Notes: generated by a model from the letters alone, not told the origin. Shown: positions 19,332 through 29,972, numbered from the stretch's first letter. The stretch: 64,000 bases of DNA from Thermoplasmatota archaeon (GCA_965234725.1 CBDDUX010000002.1:1-64000); one strand, 5' to 3'. Translations and numbers: made by a program.

Positions 19332-20594
19332 TCAACCGATGAGTTCGAGGCCCCCCATATAGGGCCTCAATGCTTCTGGTATCTCCACACTTCCGTCCTC
19401 TTTCTGAAAGTTCTCCAGGATCGCGACCATTGTCCTTCCCACTGCAAGGCCGGAACCGTTCAACGTATGGACGAATTCGGATGGGAGATGGGGTTCCTCC
19501 CGGTATTTGATCATTGCTCTCCTGGCCTGGAAATCGGTGAAACATGAACAGGAGGAGACCTCCAGCCACCGCTCTTGGAAGGGAGAATAGACCTCCAGAT
19601 CGTAGGTCTTGGCAGAGGAGAATGTCAGGTCCCCCGTACAGAGTAATAATTTTCTATATGGAAGGTCAAGACGTTTGAGGACCTCTTCCGCATCCGATGT
19701 CAACTTCTCCAGTTCCTTGTCGGATCTTTCAGGGTGAGATGTTACCACAAGCTCTACCTTGGAGAATTGGTGGACCCTGATGATACCCTCTTCACCAGCA
19801 TGCTTTCCGGCCTCTCTCCTGAAACATGGAGTGAACGCCTGATATCTGATGGGAAGGTCCTCCTTGGCCAGTATCTCGTCCCTATGGAGGTTTGTTACGG
19901 GGACCTCGCCTGTCGGAACCATGTAAAGGTTATCTTCGGGTAGTTTGTACATATCATCCTCGAATTTTGGGAGTTGACCGGTCCCGGTCATGGAGGCAGA
20001 GTTACAAACAGCCGGAGGCCAGATCTCGGTATAGCCTTGGTCCCTATGAATGTCCATCATGAAATTGATGAGAGCCCTCTCCATTCTGGCGCCTTCTCCC
20101 TTCAATACATAGAACCCGGAACCGGAGATCTTCACACCACGTTCAAGATCGATTATCCCCAGGTCCTTTCCAATAGTTGAATGGTCCCTAGGTTCGAAGG
20201 TGAGTTTTCGAGGTTCTCCCCATGATGATATCAACCTGTTATCTTTCTCATCCTCTCCGATTGGGACATCAGGAAGGGGGAAGTTAGGGATCGTAAGACG
20301 GGCGGAATTCCGCTTCAGGTCCATCTCCTTTGAAAGGGAATCCAGATCCTTCAATCTTGAATTTAGCTCCTGCATCTTTGCTATCTTGACCTTTTTCCTT
20401 TCCGGGTCCTTCTCGTTTGGTATTTCCTTAGAGACCACATTCTTCTCGTGTTTGAGAGAGTTGACCTCGTCAACAGTCCTCCTGAAAACCGCATCGGATT
20501 CTAAAAACAGGTCCAGTTCAGCTTCAACTCTCCTGTCAATGATCATTTTTCTGACAGCTTCCTCGTTTTCTCTGATGAACCTTATATCAAGCAT
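19332..20594 (-). CDS. serS: Seryl-tRNA synthetase
   Basis: MLDIRFIREN, PTGEVP, FRREAG, EVSSCS, HTLNGSGLAVGR. Confidence 0.97.
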   Translation of the reverse strand: MLDIRFIRENEEAVRKMIIDRRVEAELDLFLESDAVFRRTVDEVNSLKHEKNVVSKEIPNEKDPERKKVKIAKMQELNSRLKDLDSLSKEMDLKRNSARLTIPNFPLPDVPIGEDEKDNRLISSWGEPRKLTFEPRDHSTIGKDLGIIDLERGVKISGSGFYVLKGEGARMERALINFMMDIHRDQGYTEIWPPAVCNSASMTGTGQLPKFEDDMYKLPEDNLYMVPTGEVPVTNLHRDEILAKEDLPIRYQAFTPCFRREAGKHAGEEGIIRVHQFSKVELVVTSHPERSDKELEKLTSDAEEVLKRLDLPYRKLLLCTGDLTFSSAKTYDLEVYSPFQERWLEVSSCSCFTDFQARRAMIKYREEPHLPSEFVHTLNGSGLAVGRTMVAILENFQKEDGSVEIPEALRPYMGGLELIG

Positions 20595-20666
20595 CTGCTA
20601 CCACCGGACATGAACTGAATCAGGTGGTACATTTAATAAGTTGTGCGGAAGGTATAATCTCGATCT

Positions 20667-21050
20667 TCATATTATTGATCCGAGTGTTATCAATACTGCA
20701 GATCCGAGGAATATCAGGGGACATAGCTTGAATGGGATGAACTTGATCTTGAATCCTGTGAAGAACGAGATCAGGGACATTGAAACGAGCATCAAGGAAG
20801 AAAGTATATACACAGCAATAGAAGGACCGGAAGAACTATCGATCACAGTCACAACTCCCACAATGACTCCAATGAAGATGAGTGCTGCCCCCTCATTGAT
20901 CCATTCCATCGAGATAATCCTCCTGTTATCGATCGAAATTTCTCCAAAATCCCTCACCACATTCTTTGTTGGGAGGAGATGCGCAATTCCCCAAAAAATC
21001 AATAACAGGGCTCCGATCATTATCAAAATAATTCCAAGGATCCTGATCAC
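20667..21050 (-). CDS. Small 4-TM membrane protein, last gene of the arsM operon
   Basis: Hydrophobic; WGIAH and MEWINEG motifs; start overlaps arsM stop. Confidence 0.7.
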   Translation of the reverse strand: MIRILGIILIMIGALLLIFWGIAHLLPTKNVVRDFGEISIDNRRIISMEWINEGAALIFIGVIVGVVTVIDSSSGPSIAVYILSSLMLVSMSLISFFTGFKIKFIPFKLCPLIFLGSAVLITLGSII

Positions 21051-21898
21051 CTCTCAGGTTTCAAGGCACTTACCTTGATACTTTTTACACCTTCAAGATC
21101 GCCCTCAAGTTCTTTCAAACCGACTCCTGCCTCTCTCCTTAGAGACTCCAGGGTGGATTCATCGGTAAGGCAATCAATGGGAAATGGGATCTCCTCTATG
21201 ACTTTCACTTCCTCGAAACCCACCTTGAGGATCCTTTGGAGATAATCCTCTTTCATATCGGCTCCCGAAACACAACCGACATACGCCGTGACCGAATCCC
21301 GGATCCTTGATGGAATTTCCCTTTCAAGGACAATATCCGAGATCATCAACCTTCCACCTGGTTTAAGGACCCTGAACGCTTCTTTGAAGACCGCATCCTT
21401 ATCGGGAGAGAGATTGATCACACAGTTCGATATCACGACATCCACCTCTGAATCATCGATAGGTAGGTCCTCTATCAATCCCTTTCTGAAATCCACGTTG
21501 GTAAAATCTCCCTTCAACGCGTTCTCCCTCGCCCTTTCTAGCATGTCTTCGGTCATGTCCACGCCGATCACCCTTCCGGTTGGGCCTACTTTTTTAGCAG
21601 CAAGGAAGCAATCGAATCCTGCTCCCGAACCGAGGTCTAATACGACATTTCCAAGAGAGAGTGAGGCGTGGGCAGTCGGGTTTCCGCAGCCAAGACCAAG
21701 ATTTGCTCCATCCGGGACATCTCCCATCTCATTTTCCGAGTATCCGATCTTACCGCTCAGTATCCCGGGGTCAGAGCATCCACAGGAGCAGCCGCTTGTA
21801 TCCTCCGAGCTCTCACCTTTATTGTAGTGAGTCTTCTCTCCTCTGGCAATACTACCATAGTTCTCGCTTACCTTCTTTCTGATATCATCATCTTCCAT
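21047..21898 (-). CDS. arsM: Arsenite S-adenosylmethionine methyltransferase
   Basis: ANLGLGCGNP, LDLGSGAGFDC, ISNCVINLSPDK, YVGCVSGA; SD ggaggtg before ATG 21898. Confidence 0.9.
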   Translation of the reverse strand: MEDDDIRKKVSENYGSIARGEKTHYNKGESSEDTSGCSCGCSDPGILSGKIGYSENEMGDVPDGANLGLGCGNPTAHASLSLGNVVLDLGSGAGFDCFLAAKKVGPTGRVIGVDMTEDMLERARENALKGDFTNVDFRKGLIEDLPIDDSEVDVVISNCVINLSPDKDAVFKEAFRVLKPGGRLMISDIVLEREIPSRIRDSVTAYVGCVSGADMKEDYLQRILKVGFEEVKVIEEIPFPIDCLTDESTLESLRREAGVGLKELEGDLEGVKSIKVSALKPER

Positions 21899-22154
21899 TC
21901 GGTACACCTCCAAGCATCCCCATGAGTACAGGTTCCATCATCTCTCTTACTATGCTGTTAGAATCTTCCACCCTCATCAGCGTGATACAGCATACTTTTC
22001 CATCATCTTCGCATGCAACCACCATCAGTTTATCACCTTTTGTGATGCCTGCTTTGTCCCGAAGATCCTTGGGAAGCACGATCTGTCCCTTAGAATCTAC
22101 GGTCACAACGGCTTCCATTCGACAGCATTTAGGAAAAGGACCTTTTTCTTCCAT
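21888..22154 (-). CDS. AbrB/SpoVT-fold regulator with two Cys-Cys pairs (HgcC-like)
   Basis: CCRMEAVVTVDSKGQIVLPKDLRDKAGITKGDKL...KVCCITL. Confidence 0.8.
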   Translation of the reverse strand: MEEKGPFPKCCRMEAVVTVDSKGQIVLPKDLRDKAGITKGDKLMVVACEDDGKVCCITLMRVEDSNSIVREMMEPVLMGMLGGVPNGR

Positions 22155-22180
22155 GGACCATCAAGAAAGTCATTGTATTT

Positions 22181-22236
22181 AGAATATTCTGATTATTCTG
22201 AAAATTCATAAATATTCTACAGGGCATCAGAATAAT
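22181..22236. promoter_or_regulatory. Repeated TATTCTG-like motifs upstream of the AbrB-arsM operon
   Basis: aatattctg, attattctg, aaaattcat, aatattcta in tandem; inverted tcagaataat at 22227-22236. Confidence 0.5.
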
Positions 22237-22416
22237 AGGCGGAGCTGATACAACCAAACGAAATGGAATAAAGGGTCATTGATGATTGATTTCAATTGCA
22301 ATAATAAGATTCATATCTGTCCAAAAAGGATTATGGAAAGATAGATTAGCCCGGAGAGTGATTTGATCAAATAGCAGGATCGGAGGGATTCTGCAGGAGA
22401 GAAGGAAGGGTTACCC

Positions 22417-22821
22417 ATGATAGAGAAGCTTCACGATCACCTGCTCGATGAGATGAAGACAAACACGAGAACTGACACAATTTTCATTATTGCAGCTATC
22501 TCCCTGAACCTTATCACTCTGGCAGTAAATTCAGCCGTAGCCGCCACCGATGATTCAGCCCAGAAGATAATGATATTTTCGGTATTCACCATGCTTGTTA
22601 TTACCGTCAACCTGATCTCGATCTTCGGTCTGATGAAGGGGAGGCAAACCAGAACCAAGCTTCTGAAAGGACTCATGATGATGTACAAGGATGAAAAGGT
22701 CTCGAAATATTATGACGTATCTATAATGTCCAATTACAGCACCAGATACATATTGTTCACTTCAGTTGTTACATTGACAGGTATAGTTGCTATTTTGGTG
22801 CCTTTGATCCTGATCATCTGA
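22417..22821 (+). CDS. Hypothetical 3-TM membrane protein
   Basis: 134-aa ORF with three hydrophobic segments. Confidence 0.7.
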   Translation: MIEKLHDHLLDEMKTNTRTDTIFIIAAISLNLITLAVNSAVAATDDSAQKIMIFSVFTMLVITVNLISIFGLMKGRQTRTKLLKGLMMMYKDEKVSKYYDVSIMSNYSTRYILFTSVVTLTGIVAILVPLILII

Positions 22822-22853
22822 TATGGAGAGAATTCCATTTTGTTTTTTAAGAT

Positions 22854-23786
22854 CTACATCCGCACCAGGTCGTTCAGGATGGAGGGAACCTGAACAGAGT
22901 CGATCAATCTTATTGCGGTGATCCTGTCGATCATGTTGAAACCAGGTAAAGAATTGATTATTGCTATTTTAACATCATCCGGGATTACATAATCCCTAGG
23001 TTCCACCTTTGCAAGGGATTTTGAATAGAGGATCATACGGTTCAAGTATTCTTTCGCCTTATCATCAGGGAGAATGTTCGTCTCGATCATCCTGTAGAAT
23101 ATCTCTAAGATATAGTATGAGACTGTCATTGATAGCCAGATGCCATCCTTCTTCGGGTCCTCCACTTCTTCCATGATACCCTTTATGAAATCGTTATCTT
23201 CTCCCCTGAAGAAATTCATCAGAATATCAGTAGGAATAGTACCTTGTCTTTCCGGATGTTTTTCCGATGTTGAAAATTGGTCATGGATCGATCTTGATCG
23301 TTCCCCTCTATCCTTCCTGAGTTCCATGGATTCCGGATACCTCAGATCATCATAGTACTCTGATATCATTGGCGGAGGTATGATTATCAGATCTCCGATC
23401 GGCATCTTTTCTTTCCTGATCTCTCCGGATGACCTTTCCAGACTTTTCTCTATGGATCTCAAAGTTCCGATGGCTCTATTCTTATGATCTTCTCCAATTT
23501 TATGATCCGAATATTGAACTTCTTCAAGGATAAGAAGGAATTGGAGAAGCGCCTTATCATCAATACCTTCCAATTGTGATGCCCGGACCAGATATTGTCT
23601 TGATGTCTCCTGGAATCTTGGTTCAATGCCATATCTGTTGAGATGGGCACCTAGTTTTTGAGATGCCTGAAGGATAATGTAGGAATATGGATCCTTCATT
23701 TCAAATCTATACTTATCATGAAATTTCCTTGACCTGATCTTCTTCTCCTTCCTTTTCTTGAAGAAATCAAACATATTGACCCTCAC
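22854..23786 (-). CDS. Hypothetical protein with DUF4129-like N-terminal region
   Basis: GIEPRFQETSRQY...ILEEVQYSDHKIGED pattern. Confidence 0.5.
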   Translation of the reverse strand: MRVNMFDFFKKRKEKKIRSRKFHDKYRFEMKDPYSYIILQASQKLGAHLNRYGIEPRFQETSRQYLVRASQLEGIDDKALLQFLLILEEVQYSDHKIGEDHKNRAIGTLRSIEKSLERSSGEIRKEKMPIGDLIIIPPPMISEYYDDLRYPESMELRKDRGERSRSIHDQFSTSEKHPERQGTIPTDILMNFFRGEDNDFIKGIMEEVEDPKKDGIWLSMTVSYYILEIFYRMIETNILPDDKAKEYLNRMILYSKSLAKVEPRDYVIPDDVKIAIINSLPGFNMIDRITAIRLIDSVQVPSILNDLVRM

Positions 23787-23876
23787 TTCATTACATTTGG
23801 AATATTTAACAGGTGATAGGATGAAAAATCCTTCAAATAACGAAAAATTAATAATCGAAGGGTACCTGCAACGCTC

Positions 23877-24788
23877 ATGGATGGCCTCTCAGCTATTCAG
23901 CAGAAGATACGGGATCTTGCAAAGGAAAAGGATGTTGTTATCCTTGCCCATAATTATCAGATCCCCGAGGTCCAGGATATCGCAGATATCGTGGGGGATT
24001 CTCTTGTCCTTGCAATGAAGGCCGTTGATACACATCAGGCCAACATCCTCTTTTGTGGCGTGGATTTCATGGCTGAAGCGGCAAAGGCCCTTTCACCTGA
24101 GAGAAGGGTCATCCATCCTGTTCCGGATTCCCATTGCCCCATGGCCCATATGGTGGATGTGGAGGGACTTGAAGCGTTCAAGTTGGAGCATCCTGGTGCC
24201 CCGGTTGTTGCTTATGTGAACACAACTGCCGAGGTAAAGGCACATGCTGACATCTGCTGCACCTCTGCAAATGCTGTAAAAGTAGTAAGGTCATTGAAAG
24301 AACCGGATATCATCTTCATACCGGATTCAAATCTTGGAGCATATGTGCAATCCAAGGTCCCTGAGAAGACGGTCCATCTCTGGGCAGGTTACTGTCATGT
24401 TCATAACGATATCACCTTGGATCAGATAAAAGAGGCAAAGGAAGCCCACCCCGATGCAAAGGTCATGGTCCATCCTGAATGCAGGATGGATGTGATCGAA
24501 ATAGCAGATGTGGTCACATCCACTGAGGGAATGCTAAGGTATGCCAGAGATTCCGATGCGAAGGAGTTCATTGTAGGGACAGAAGAAGGCCTGGTCCACC
24601 GGCTTGAAAAGGAGGTCCAGGGGAAGGTCTTTTACAGGCTTGATACCGCGATCTGTCCGAATATGAAGAAGATCACATTGAAAGATGTCCTTAGGGCCCT
24701 TGAGAACATGGGACCGGAAGTGGAGCTTGACCCTGAGATCATCGAGAAGAATAAGCTTCCACTTCAAAGGATGCTTGCATTGAAATGA
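23877..24788 (+). CDS. nadA: Quinolinate synthase
   Basis: ILAHNYQ, GDSL, FCGVDFMAE, CPMA, AYVNT, CHVH, HPEC, CPNMKK. Confidence 0.97.
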   Translation: MDGLSAIQQKIRDLAKEKDVVILAHNYQIPEVQDIADIVGDSLVLAMKAVDTHQANILFCGVDFMAEAAKALSPERRVIHPVPDSHCPMAHMVDVEGLEAFKLEHPGAPVVAYVNTTAEVKAHADICCTSANAVKVVRSLKEPDIIFIPDSNLGAYVQSKVPEKTVHLWAGYCHVHNDITLDQIKEAKEAHPDAKVMVHPECRMDVIEIADVVTSTEGMLRYARDSDAKEFIVGTEEGLVHRLEKEVQGKVFYRLDTAICPNMKKITLKDVLRALENMGPEVELDPEIIEKNKLPLQRMLALK

Positions 24789-24791
24789 TAT

Positions 24792-27161
24792 TCACTGGAT
24801 CCTTCTCATGAGATCAGGTTCATCATCCTGGAATCGATCTTTCTTTTTCATCCTTAAGTTGGCAATTATAAGTATCACTATCAGGACCCCCACAACGGCT
24901 ATGATAAATTTCATTGTATTTTCATCGCCCGTTTCCCCGCCGTCATCGATATCATTTTCTCCCTCATTCGAGGGGATCATGGTAATGTTAGTTACCCGGA
25001 CTTCCTCTCTCTGAAATACCTCCTCAAGGTCCTCCTTGTCGATCCAGTAAAAGCACCTGGTCCCCTCGAAGTAGAATCTCTCCCTGGATTCGTCAAAGCG
25101 AAATCCTCTGATGACCTGACATGGCAGTCCCATTTCCGAATTATATATTACATGACTTCCGTTGTTCACATGCAATGACATGAATCCCTGACCAAATGAA
25201 TCTACAGGCACATAAAGGATATCTTGATCCTCGTCCAGATACATGGAAACCCTTACCATTATCCTTGTCAGGTTCTCGTCATGTTCGAAATCGCTTTTAA
25301 ATAGATCATATGAGGTCAGCAGAATGAGATCATCCGCCTCTTCCGAGTAGACTATCTGTTTTATAGTGAAATCGAACCAATCGAATCCGCTTCCGTCTCC
25401 TTTTGAGTAGTTGTTCAGGTAAGTGTACTTTCCTGTGTCCAGATTCAATTCCAAAAGATCGCTGTATACCTCGGTGAAGAGGTAGACAAGATCCCTTTTC
25501 GGATGTTTATAGACTCCATTTGAAGCTGGTCTTCCAAATGAGGTGAAGTTCCCTTCTCTTGGATTGGTTCTGTTGTTCTTCGGGTTGAAGTACCTCTTCG
25601 TTCCATTGTCAGGATAATAGATATGGATGCCGTAGCTACTGCCCAAATAAACAGGTCCGTTCTCATCCGGTATATCCAGGCTGTAGAAATGGAATGTATC
25701 ATTGATATCTATCCTGAAAAGTGTGTTGTTTTCAAAGTTCAGGATGAAGGTCCCGTTTTCCGCCATAATGTAGAGATCGGCTCCCCGGAATTCCATGTCG
25801 CGGACATGTTCCACTTCGTCTTCGAAATCTCTGATTATATTCATTCCCTCATCCAGGAGATAAAGAGATCGTTCATTTCCAACGATCAATCCGTCATGCA
25901 GCGGTGATGTCCTCATAATGGACGGTATATCATGGTACCGGGGATCATCTGGATTCTTTCTGGTAACGATCACTCTTTCGAAACTATCATCATCTATTCT
26001 GTACCACATCAACCTGGCCACATCATCATAATGTGATCTCCCGGATCCTGATCCAGAATAGTAGTTGCCACTTCCTATCAGAAGGTCCGTCGTGACAGGA
26101 TCGTAGATGATCTTGGAAGAAGTTATCCTGGCAAAGCTTTCTCCTTCATAGTCATCATGGTCATATACTCTCAGTAATTGGGGCTCCGATCCGTCGAATC
26201 TCAGGAGTGTGTAACGTGACGCGATCTGGGAATAGACCTCGTCTCTCAGAGGATCATAGCAAACCCTGAACAATATATCCCAGTGATCGGTATAATTCCC
26301 ATCGAAATCATCAACAGGTTTGTATGTATCATTTTTATGGTCTTCTTCAAGGTATGGATACTGCATCCAATCTCCGGTGTGAATATTGTATCTGACCAGT
26401 CTGTAACCAGCGATATAGAGGTTTCCCGTATTCTCATCCAGGTCCATCTCGTTTGTCTGATAGCCCAAAACATCACAATCAAGGATTATTTCCCCCGTGT
26501 CATTTTCGGGATTGAAGATCAGGAAACCATTCAATGTAGCCAGGTATAACTTTCCAATCTCTTCCACATATTTCATATCCTGGATGGAACCGAATCCTTT
26601 GTAATGATAATTGACCAGTTCGATATGGGATAGATCATGATATTGGTATCTGTGTTCCTTCAGGTCCACCTCAAAAAGGGCACTGGTGTGAGAAATGAAT
26701 AATTTGTCATTTCTTCCATCATATGCAATTTTACCGGTCCCTGTTTTGTAAGGTGTTCCATCTTCATCCGTCAGAACGAATTTATCTATCAGGGTAAAGT
26801 CATTCGTATCTACAATATAGATATTGGGTCTGTATTTTTCTGCAATAATCAACCTGTCTCCCTTCTGGTCCAGTTCAATATCCTGAATGACGGGCTCCTC
26901 GATCCCGAACCATTTTCCAATATGACAGAACTCTCCTGTATCCAGGTCCTTGACGAATACCCCGTTATATGTTGCAAGATATAGGATTCTGTTCTCTGAA
27001 TCCAGCTCCATGTCGTTGAAGTATTCAGGGTCCGTGTAGTAAACATGGAAAGGATTTTCAGGTCCGAGTCTGTCATCCTTATTTTCGAACCCAGATGAGG
27101 TCAGGGAGAATTGAGTGATGACAAGCAGAGATATCAGAAGAAAAACCATTGTTCTTTTCAT
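24792..27161 (-). CDS. Membrane-anchored surface protein, probable beta-propeller (paralog A)
   Basis: Signal peptide, repeated LYLATxxG/DMELD blade-like units, C-terminal TM and basic tail. Confidence 0.75.
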   Translation of the reverse strand: MKRTMVFLLISLLVITQFSLTSSGFENKDDRLGPENPFHVYYTDPEYFNDMELDSENRILYLATYNGVFVKDLDTGEFCHIGKWFGIEEPVIQDIELDQKGDRLIIAEKYRPNIYIVDTNDFTLIDKFVLTDEDGTPYKTGTGKIAYDGRNDKLFISHTSALFEVDLKEHRYQYHDLSHIELVNYHYKGFGSIQDMKYVEEIGKLYLATLNGFLIFNPENDTGEIILDCDVLGYQTNEMDLDENTGNLYIAGYRLVRYNIHTGDWMQYPYLEEDHKNDTYKPVDDFDGNYTDHWDILFRVCYDPLRDEVYSQIASRYTLLRFDGSEPQLLRVYDHDDYEGESFARITSSKIIYDPVTTDLLIGSGNYYSGSGSGRSHYDDVARLMWYRIDDDSFERVIVTRKNPDDPRYHDIPSIMRTSPLHDGLIVGNERSLYLLDEGMNIIRDFEDEVEHVRDMEFRGADLYIMAENGTFILNFENNTLFRIDINDTFHFYSLDIPDENGPVYLGSSYGIHIYYPDNGTKRYFNPKNNRTNPREGNFTSFGRPASNGVYKHPKRDLVYLFTEVYSDLLELNLDTGKYTYLNNYSKGDGSGFDWFDFTIKQIVYSEEADDLILLTSYDLFKSDFEHDENLTRIMVRVSMYLDEDQDILYVPVDSFGQGFMSLHVNNGSHVIYNSEMGLPCQVIRGFRFDESRERFYFEGTRCFYWIDKEDLEEVFQREEVRVTNITMIPSNEGENDIDDGGETGDENTMKFIIAVVGVLIVILIIANLRMKKKDRFQDDEPDLMRRIQ

Positions 27162-27176
27162 TTTACCACGTCCTGC

Positions 27177-29603
27177 TTATCTGTTCATGACCTTGATTTG
27201 AATATTGTCTCTCAGATCAGGTCCTTTCTTCCCCATCCTCACATTGGCAATGATCAATATCAGGATCAATATGGATACGATGATTATCAGAATAACAGAT
27301 GTTCTGGTTTCCTTATCTATTTCCGAATTCTCCTCCTCAATCAAATTCCTACCTTCATCCGAAAGCAGTGTGATGTTAGTATGGGGGACCTCCTCTCTCT
27401 GATATACCTCCTCAAGGTCCTCCATATCGATCCAGTAGAAGCTTCTACCGCCGGCAAAGTACAATCTGTCCCTGACCTCATCATGGTGGAATCCCTTGTT
27501 CCAGATCCAGGGCATACCATCCCTGTTCAGTATATTTTCAAAACTTCCGTTTCTCAGATTTATTATGAAGAATCCCTGTGGTGAACCTGACGGCCAGGAT
27601 GGGCTCGGGCCTGTATCTTCATACATCAGGAATTCTCCCGTGATCGCATAAAGGATATCTTCCTCCTCATCAAGATATATTGAATTGAGACAGGCGGTCT
27701 GGGGTAACCGGGGATCATCTCCGTAGGTTCCGTTCCTGAGTCCGTGATGTGTGAGTATGATAATATCATCCATTTCCTCGGAGTACAGGACCTTGCTCAC
27801 CCTTTCATCATTCCAGATATTGATAGACTCCCCATCTTCCATGACAGTCAGGTTGTTGAGGTATGTGTATTTTCCAGTGTTCAGGTCCAGTTCCAGCAGA
27901 TCACTGTATTGATCTGTATAAAGATACACGACCTCTTCTTTCGGATGAACATAGATCCCACCAGGTGCGAGTCTCCCGAAATTGGTGAAATTACCTTCTT
28001 CGGGATTGGTCCTGTTATTGATTGGGTTGAAGAATCTCAAGGTTTTATTTTCCGGGTAGTAGATATGCACACCGTAAGCGCTTCCTAGATATACAGGCCC
28101 ATTTTCCGAAGGAATTTCAACTCCGTAGAAATTTACCGAATCATTTATCCCGATCCTGGAAAGGGAATTATTATTGAAATTGAGAATGAAGGTTCCGTTC
28201 TTTGCAGATATATATAGGTCAGGCCCCCTGAATTCCATGTCGAATACCTGTTCGATCTGATCCGAATAATCCCTGATGATATCCATCCTGTCATCAAGGA
28301 GAAACAATGAGTAATGATTCCCAACAACAAGTCCATCGTGGAGAGGTGTTGTCCTGAGCCAGTAGAACTCATTCCAATGGTCTGGTTCTCCCGGATTCTT
28401 TCTGAATATCTCGATATTTTCGAAGCTATCCTCATCTACATGGTACCACATTATTCTGGTTTCGGAATCCCAGCTCATCCCGGAAGAACTTCCACCTGTT
28501 TTGAAACGACCGTGGCAGAACAGGATATCATCTGTCACGGGATCGAATATTATCCTGCAGGTTGTGCCCTGTGCAAATGATTCTCCCTGGTAATCCTCAT
28601 AATGATAGGTTCTTAATAACCTCGGTTTACTTCCGTCAAATCTCAACAGATTGAGGTATGTGACCATCTGACAGTATACTTCATCTCTCAGTGGATCGTA
28701 GCAGACCCTGAAAAGTGGATAACCGTCATCCCATTCCTCTTCAGGAAATTCATCTACTGGAATGAAAGTATCATTTCTCCAATCATCGTATACATAGGGA
28801 TACTGCATCCATTCCTCGGTGTAAATATTGAACTTCACGAGCCTGTACCCTGCAATATAGAGATTTCCTGTCCTCTCGTCCAGGTCCATTCCATGAGTTT
28901 GGACTGTTAGCACCTCGCAATCAGGTATCCTTCCGGCCGTTCCATTATCCGGATTGTAGATCAGAAAACCTCTCAGGGTTGCCAGGTAAAGTAAACCTGT
29001 TTCCTTTACATATTTCATTTCCTGAACATGGTACCAATCATCTATTCCGCTACCAGGATCGAAGAACTCACTTGAATCGATCATCTCGCATGTCTTTGAA
29101 TTCAAATTAATAATGAACAAGACCTCGGATGAAGAGGCAAAGATTCTGTCATTATCCCCATCATATGTGAAACGATCTATGTCCGTTTCTACGGGGGCTC
29201 CGTTCTCTTTCTTGATGACGAATTTATAGAGTAACTCTAAACTTTCTGTATCTATTACATATATGAAGGGATTCCTCTCATCGACCGCAAACAATCTACC
29301 GGTGTTCAGATCCAAATGTATCTGGGTAATTCTGGAATCCTCCAATCCGAACCACATGCCCATATTGCAGAATTCGCCGGTTTCCAGGTCCTTTACGAAA
29401 ACTCCATAGTCGGTAGCGAGATACAGGGTTCGATTCAATGCATCCAGCTCCATGTCGTTGAAGTATTCAGGGTCCGTGTAGTAAACATGAAACGGATTCT
29501 CCGGCCCAAGCCTGTCATCTTTCATGTTGCCCATGATCCCGGAAACTCCCGGAAGCACCATGATCAGGACCAATGAAAGGAATACCATTGAATTGATTCT
29601 CAA
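27177..29603 (-). CDS. Membrane-anchored surface protein, probable beta-propeller (paralog B)
   Basis: Colinear with paralog A, e.g. DDRLGPENPFHVYYTDPEYFNDMELD and FRVCYDPLRDEVY. Confidence 0.75.
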   Translation of the reverse strand: MRINSMVFLSLVLIMVLPGVSGIMGNMKDDRLGPENPFHVYYTDPEYFNDMELDALNRTLYLATDYGVFVKDLETGEFCNMGMWFGLEDSRITQIHLDLNTGRLFAVDERNPFIYVIDTESLELLYKFVIKKENGAPVETDIDRFTYDGDNDRIFASSSEVLFIINLNSKTCEMIDSSEFFDPGSGIDDWYHVQEMKYVKETGLLYLATLRGFLIYNPDNGTAGRIPDCEVLTVQTHGMDLDERTGNLYIAGYRLVKFNIYTEEWMQYPYVYDDWRNDTFIPVDEFPEEEWDDGYPLFRVCYDPLRDEVYCQMVTYLNLLRFDGSKPRLLRTYHYEDYQGESFAQGTTCRIIFDPVTDDILFCHGRFKTGGSSSGMSWDSETRIMWYHVDEDSFENIEIFRKNPGEPDHWNEFYWLRTTPLHDGLVVGNHYSLFLLDDRMDIIRDYSDQIEQVFDMEFRGPDLYISAKNGTFILNFNNNSLSRIGINDSVNFYGVEIPSENGPVYLGSAYGVHIYYPENKTLRFFNPINNRTNPEEGNFTNFGRLAPGGIYVHPKEEVVYLYTDQYSDLLELDLNTGKYTYLNNLTVMEDGESINIWNDERVSKVLYSEEMDDIIILTHHGLRNGTYGDDPRLPQTACLNSIYLDEEEDILYAITGEFLMYEDTGPSPSWPSGSPQGFFIINLRNGSFENILNRDGMPWIWNKGFHHDEVRDRLYFAGGRSFYWIDMEDLEEVYQREEVPHTNITLLSDEGRNLIEEENSEIDKETRTSVILIIIVSILILILIIANVRMGKKGPDLRDNIQIKVMNR

Positions 29604-29759
29604 TTCCTACACTTCCCGATCTCCAAATCCGAATGATATTTAAAAAGGTTTTTGGTCCATAAATTGATGACTTATGCTCTATACCATCAATAGTATATTC
29701 TCCCGCATATGTGCAAATTTGAAATATGAGAATTATTAATTATTTTAATATCGTCGTAA

Positions 29760-29972
29760 ATGGCATATGGAAATGAGATTATTATTACTAATAAACATGG
29801 GGGAGATGAGATCCTTCCCCAACTCAATACACGTATACCAGCGTTGAAGAAAGAGAGCGAAACGGGTGATTACACCGTCTACATCATTCTTGCGATACTC
29901 CTTCTGATAATCCTGATAGCTGTCCTGTTCCTTATAACCAGAAAAAAGAAGGACGAAAATTACGAAGAGTGA
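29760..29972 (+). CDS. Small single-TM protein or orphan surface-protein anchor fragment
   Basis: YIILAILLLIILIAVLFLITRKKK resembles the C-terminal anchors of nearby surface proteins. Confidence 0.4.
   Translation: MAYGNEIIITNKHGGDEILPQLNTRIPALKKESETGDYTVYIILAILLLIILIAVLFLITRKKKDENYEE

Noticed and set aside
20667-22154. Mercury methylation locus
   Set aside because: No HgcA corrinoid protein is visible, and the distant ferredoxin at 61406 lacks the C-terminal Cys pair of HgcB
24792-29603. Diversity-generating retroelement template/variable repeats
   Set aside because: No reverse transcriptase; similarity spans whole genes and differences are not adenine-specific
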